Shown here piece after piece: positions 51,552 through 55,113 of a stretch of DNA of 55,113 nucleotides; position 1 is the stretch's first letter; each line of letters starts with the position of its first letter. The stretch is taken from the IMG/VR virus record IMGVR_UViG_3300009593_000022, positions 1 through 55,113 of that record. One strand, given 5' to 3'. The notes under the pieces are model-generated. The model saw only the letters and a list, made by a program, of their open reading frames with translations. It was not told the origin of the DNA and made no database searches. This DNA is from a virus (Duplodnaviria > Caudoviricetes). The position numbers and the translations under genes are program-made.

Positions 51552-52812
51552 TCTGTCTCCTTTCGGTCAAGTGGTCCTCCATGAGTCGGTCATAGACTTC
51601 AACAATTTCGTCAGGCATCGTGTAACGCCTTGATTCGATAAAATCGGAAAACTTGAAGAAGTTGTCTACGTGCTTAGGGTCATAGTCGTTAGTCATGAAA
51701 TGAAGTCTAACCCTATCTTCATACAGTTCTCCTTTTATTCTATTTAGTATCCACTCCTTTGTTTTGCGAGGGAAATATGCCGAATTAAGATACTCAGGTC
51801 TATGTAAGAAAGATAAGTCGAAGTGACCACAGTTATCTTTTATTCTTTCGAACTGGTTGAGATAGTCATAGGTCTTCTGAATGTCAAACATATTCATTGC
51901 ATGAGCGACATAATGATATCGAAACTTTGAGTCTGGGTTTCTATGGTTCGCGATGTATTCTATCCACTTCTGAAGGTTTCGCGTGAAACGTTTCATTTTG
52001 AGTCCATAACGAACATACTCTCCAACCTCATCTATTCCGTCAATGGAGAACATTAGCAATATTTTTTCTGCTCTGTCAAGTTTCTCTGTCCATGCTTTTG
52101 TAGGTGGAATTGAACCATTCGAAACAATGATGATATGAGCCTTATCTATTTCTATTCGTTCCAGTATTTCGTGATACCTTCTGTCTATCATCGGTTCACC
52201 TCCGATACAACGAATCGTCCGAACTCTCGACCAGTCAACATCGGCATACTCAAACGAATCTATAAGAGGTTCTCCTGTGTCTGGTTTGATAACACGAGCA
52301 AAAGAAGCTACATGCGCTCCTACACGCGGTATTATTTTATCAAGGTCATATTCCTCATCGTGCCAAAGAGAACTCCTGTCCACTCCGCAGTCTACACATT
52401 TGAAGTTACACTTATTGGATATCGCAAGGTCAATATCTCGTATCTCAGGGTTGTTGATAAGGTCGACTGCATCTTCCTTCCACATTTCGTTGAGATGTTC
52501 ACGGAAAGAAATGTTCTCCAGTAAGGTAGAGGTATTGAGGTCTTTCTCATCATTTCTAGATAACCACTCTTTATTGTAACAGGTATCACATTCTGATACT
52601 TGTTCTCCTCGCAAGAATCTCTGGCGTAACTCATTCCATTCCTTGCCATGAAATGCGTCGTTCAACTTGCGAGGGGTATGACCATCAATGATGTTTGGTT
52701 TGAAAATACAACAAGGTTGAGGAACGCCTTCTGGTGTATTCTGTATGTGCACCCAAGGAGCAATACAGAAGTTTCCATCGTTCATTAGTTTGTCGACTTC
52801 ATCTCTTTCCAT
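51544..52812 (-). CDS. Radical SAM protein with N-terminal SPASM-like domain (subfamily A)
   Basis: FCIAPWVH...GVPQPCC...CDTC; SNKCNFKCVDC...SSLW, GGEP, VSNG and FSIDG motifs. Confidence 0.92.
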   Translation of the reverse strand: MERDEVDKLMNDGNFCIAPWVHIQNTPEGVPQPCCIFKPNIIDGHTPRKLNDAFHGKEWNELRQRFLRGEQVSECDTCYNKEWLSRNDEKDLNTSTLLENISFREHLNEMWKEDAVDLINNPEIRDIDLAISNKCNFKCVDCGVDRSSLWHDEEYDLDKIIPRVGAHVASFARVIKPDTGEPLIDSFEYADVDWSRVRTIRCIGGEPMIDRRYHEILERIEIDKAHIIIVSNGSIPPTKAWTEKLDRAEKILLMFSIDGIDEVGEYVRYGLKMKRFTRNLQKWIEYIANHRNPDSKFRYHYVAHAMNMFDIQKTYDYLNQFERIKDNCGHFDLSFLHRPEYLNSAYFPRKTKEWILNRIKGELYEDRVRLHFMTNDYDPKHVDNFFKFSDFIESRRYTMPDEIVEVYDRLMEDHLTERRQNV

Positions 52813-53582
52813 AGTTCTCCAATCTTTTCCTGTTCACTTTTCGGTGCTGATCTCCAGTAACGAATAGATTCTGTGATAGCATCCAAAGCTTTCTCTTCAT
52901 ACTCCTCATCCCATCCCAAATAGATTTTGAGTCGGAGTTTCAGGTTCTCCTCAGATACTCCAAGTATGTCTTGGTTTCCAAGGTCTAGAATATGTTTAGG
53001 GAGTACGTTTGTGTAGTCCATCCAATACTTAGTATGCAGTTCGACAAACTTTATCTCTCCCTGTTTGATCACGTGAAACCCTTTTGGAGTTTTCGACTGA
53101 CCAATGTCATACGCCCAGGCTGAACCAAATCGACTTTCCCTCCTATTGTGAAAGTGACCACAAAAGACTCCTCGTTCTTCAGACGCATGAGCAAACCTGT
53201 ACTTGATCTCTTGGTCCTCTGTGAAGAGAGTATGAAATGCCTTCCCAAATCCTTCAGCAGGTAGGAACTGACATTCGTCCATTACTGTGTTCACAGAAAT
53301 AGAAATGACTTTTGGATGAAAGTCTGTGAAAGATCCGTCCATTCCATAGTCATGGTTTCCAGCCAGCATGTAAACTCTCTCGTCTTGAATCTCCTCAAAG
53401 AAGGCATAGTTCTTCCTATCAGCAGACTGAAAGACATCGCCCATGTGAACGATAGTCTTTATGTTTCGCTTTCTGATGTTCTTGAAGAACTCTTTTGTTA
53501 GTCTGTTCTTCTCCTCTTCAGGGAAAGACGGACTGTCATAGTGTGTGTCAGAAATTACTGCAAACTTTTCAAAATGGAACAT
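52785..53582 (-). CDS. Calcineurin-like metallophosphoesterase, T4 gp47/SbcD-like
   Basis: SDTH, HMGDVF, GNHD, AH and GHFH motifs followed by FGS...KGFHV as in gp47-family proteins. Confidence 0.85.
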   Translation of the reverse strand: MFHFEKFAVISDTHYDSPSFPEEEKNRLTKEFFKNIRKRNIKTIVHMGDVFQSADRKNYAFFEEIQDERVYMLAGNHDYGMDGSFTDFHPKVISISVNTVMDECQFLPAEGFGKAFHTLFTEDQEIKYRFAHASEERGVFCGHFHNRRESRFGSAWAYDIGQSKTPKGFHVIKQGEIKFVELHTKYWMDYTNVLPKHILDLGNQDILGVSEENLKLRLKIYLGWDEEYEEKALDAITESIRYWRSAPKSEQEKIGELWKEMKSTN

Positions 53583-54619
53583 ATCTCCTCGTTTGGGAAC
53601 TCGTTATTGAGTAAAATGTCCATGTGTTTCATAGCCTCTAAAGCGCCTGTCTGAGGTTCTTCAGGAAACATTATGGTGTTATTTATGTGCTCATCATCTG
53701 TCAACCATCGTTGACGATACTCCAAAGGTATTTGAGTATGTCTTAGATAGTCTGGAACAAACAAGGGGTAAACCTTAGTAGGATATCCCAAGTCCAAAAC
53801 TTGTTGAATATGATTAACGTTCATGACAGAGAGAGTGCAGTTAATACTAACAGGTCCCTGTTCTTCCCATCGTTTCATATTCTCTTTAACCTTCTTCCAC
53901 TTAGCAGGATATCTCATAGACTCAAAGAGGTCTCCTGTCGCGTCAATAGAAAGTTCGATGTTAACAGACTTAAACTCTGGTAAAGAGTATAACACAGTTC
54001 CATTCGTATTACAAGAGAAATCTATCTGTTTTGTAGGAATATTATCAAAAAACCAGTCGATGTTCTTGGCGAGAAATGGTTCTCCTCCAGAAAGTCTGAC
54101 TCTGGTAAGATGAGAGAGGTCTGTATTTTCTAAGACTCTCTTCATCGCTACTGCGTAGTTTCCAGTTCCTATGTCGTTATAATGGTCTTTGTCAAACTTT
54201 TGTAAACCTGAGACATCCAACCTGTCCCAACGTGAAGAAATGCCTGGCCGACAAGAACGACAAGACAAATTACAATGATAGTCCAAACCAATATGAAGTC
54301 TCTGCAACTTCTTAGCTTTGGTAAGCTGTTTGTTGAGTCTTCCGCGAGTCGATTGTGGTTGTCCATCTTTAGCTAAGTCTTTTTTAAGAAATTCTAGTTT
54401 CTGACATTGGTTACATTCCTGTGGCCATTGTCCTTCCGCAAACTGGTCTTCCATTTGGAAGTAGAGATAGGACGAATTGATATTGTCCAGAGTTGCGATA
54501 TTGTGAATGTTTAGTTCGTCCCATCGAGTGGTATGTGCCATATCCGTAATACAACACGGAACTGCTATTCCCCTGTTATTGGTAATGGCGACTGAGCCGT
54601 TGATTGCTCTGCACTCCAA
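53555..54619 (-). CDS. Radical SAM protein with N-terminal SPASM-like domain (subfamily A)
   Basis: CRA...GIAVPCC...CNQC; CNLSCRSC...SSRW, SGGEP, NTNG and LSID motifs. GGAGG RBS. Confidence 0.92.
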   Translation of the reverse strand: MECRAINGSVAITNNRGIAVPCCITDMAHTTRWDELNIHNIATLDNINSSYLYFQMEDQFAEGQWPQECNQCQKLEFLKKDLAKDGQPQSTRGRLNKQLTKAKKLQRLHIGLDYHCNLSCRSCRPGISSRWDRLDVSGLQKFDKDHYNDIGTGNYAVAMKRVLENTDLSHLTRVRLSGGEPFLAKNIDWFFDNIPTKQIDFSCNTNGTVLYSLPEFKSVNIELSIDATGDLFESMRYPAKWKKVKENMKRWEEQGPVSINCTLSVMNVNHIQQVLDLGYPTKVYPLFVPDYLRHTQIPLEYRQRWLTDDEHINNTIMFPEEPQTGALEAMKHMDILLNNEFPNEEICSILKSLQ

Positions 54620-55113
54620 TATGCCTCCTTTGTCAGAAAATGTTCATGGTCACCTGCCTTGACCACTTCTGGGGTAAGTCCATCCATCCATTTTCCCATC
54701 AAAGGTTCTACTGGTCCATCTGTCTTGTCGATACAGAGACCACAACCACAATGGGTTTTTGGACAGGTTACGATTGGGAGCTTTTTTTCGTAGAGTTTTT
54801 CGGCGAGACGATCAACAATTTCTCCAAATCGACTGGCAAAGCCAAGTGGCTTAACTTCTCCGTCCAAGTTAACTCCACAGGTTTGATGAGACCATACCCT
54901 ATCAAACTCACTATTGATAAAGAGGAAATAATAATTAACCCAGCATCGAAACCCAATAAAGTTGTTACTGGAAACGTAATTGCAAGAAGAACCATCCATC
55001 GAGAAAGTTCTTCCTCCACAGCAGGGCCTGCCCAAGGACTTGTTGCGTTCTCCAAAATGGTCTTTGAAGTATTGCTGTTGTTCAGTATTGTATTCATGTG
55101 TATACCCAAATAA
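54565..55113 (-). CDS. C-terminal Cys-rich twitch/SPASM-like part of a probable radical SAM protein (subfamily C), truncated by the window edge
   Basis: Frame is open from 55113. GRPCCGG, NNFIGFRC...HQTC...CPKTHCGCGLC matches the auxiliary domain of 39850 and 41981. The CxxxCxxC motif itself is not in the window. Confidence 0.72.
   Translation of the reverse strand, partial: LFGYTHEYNTEQQQYFKDHFGERNKSLGRPCCGGRTFSMDGSSCNYVSSNNFIGFRCWVNYYFLFINSEFDRVWSHQTCGVNLDGEVKPLGFASRFGEIVDRLAEKLYEKKLPIVTCPKTHCGCGLCIDKTDGPVEPLMGKWMDGLTPEVVKAGDHEHFLTKEAYWSAEQSTAQSPLPITGE

Noticed and set aside
39850-54619. MoaA, NirJ, PqqE or NrdG assignments for the radical SAM genes
   Set aside because: No partner genes of those pathways are present, MoaA's C-terminal GG motif is absent, and 10 paralogues do not fit a single-step cofactor role.
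37213-55113. Classical RiPP cluster with a short precursor peptide
   Set aside because: Genes overlap almost throughout, leaving no room for a precursor ORF. No RRE/PqqD domain, peptidase or transporter seen. A precursor upstream of the window cannot be excluded.
1-55113. Alternative genetic code, tRNA or rRNA genes
   Set aside because: The standard code gives near-complete coding density, with TAA, TGA and TAG all used as stops. No intergenic space or cloverleaf for RNA genes.

Overview
This 55-kb window comes from a large T4-like (myovirus) phage genome and has two convergent halves. The + strand (1-37301) is a late structural module: two large unknown virion-type proteins, baseplate gp25-gp6-gp7-gp8 (gp7 expanded to 3765 aa), a 2090-aa DUF4815/VrlC-like protein, two repeat-rich tail fibres and two small fibre-linked genes. 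A T4-type late promoter and a cUUCGg terminator flank gp8. The - strand (37213 to beyond 55113) is a nearly gap-free, overlapping operon of at least 20 genes. It holds 10 complete radical SAM enzymes with SPASM/twitch-type auxiliary Cys clusters in three subfamilies plus one truncated by the window edge. It also holds 3 GT-A-type glycosyltransferases, a minimal phosphoribosyltransferase, 2 methyltransferase-like paralogues, a QueC-like PP-loop enzyme, a mini-kinase, a gp47-like metallophosphoesterase and an orphan. The best hypothesis (inference only) is a phage-encoded glycosylation and radical-tailoring pathway. Its possible substrates are the neighbouring virion proteins, which look enriched in [A/S/G]-N-T motifs. 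Sequence-wide, GATC is strongly depleted and CCWGG occurs almost only as GCCWGG/CCWGGC. No tRNA, rRNA, CRISPR array or mobile element was seen. All family calls come from motif recognition by eye, and all counts are manual.
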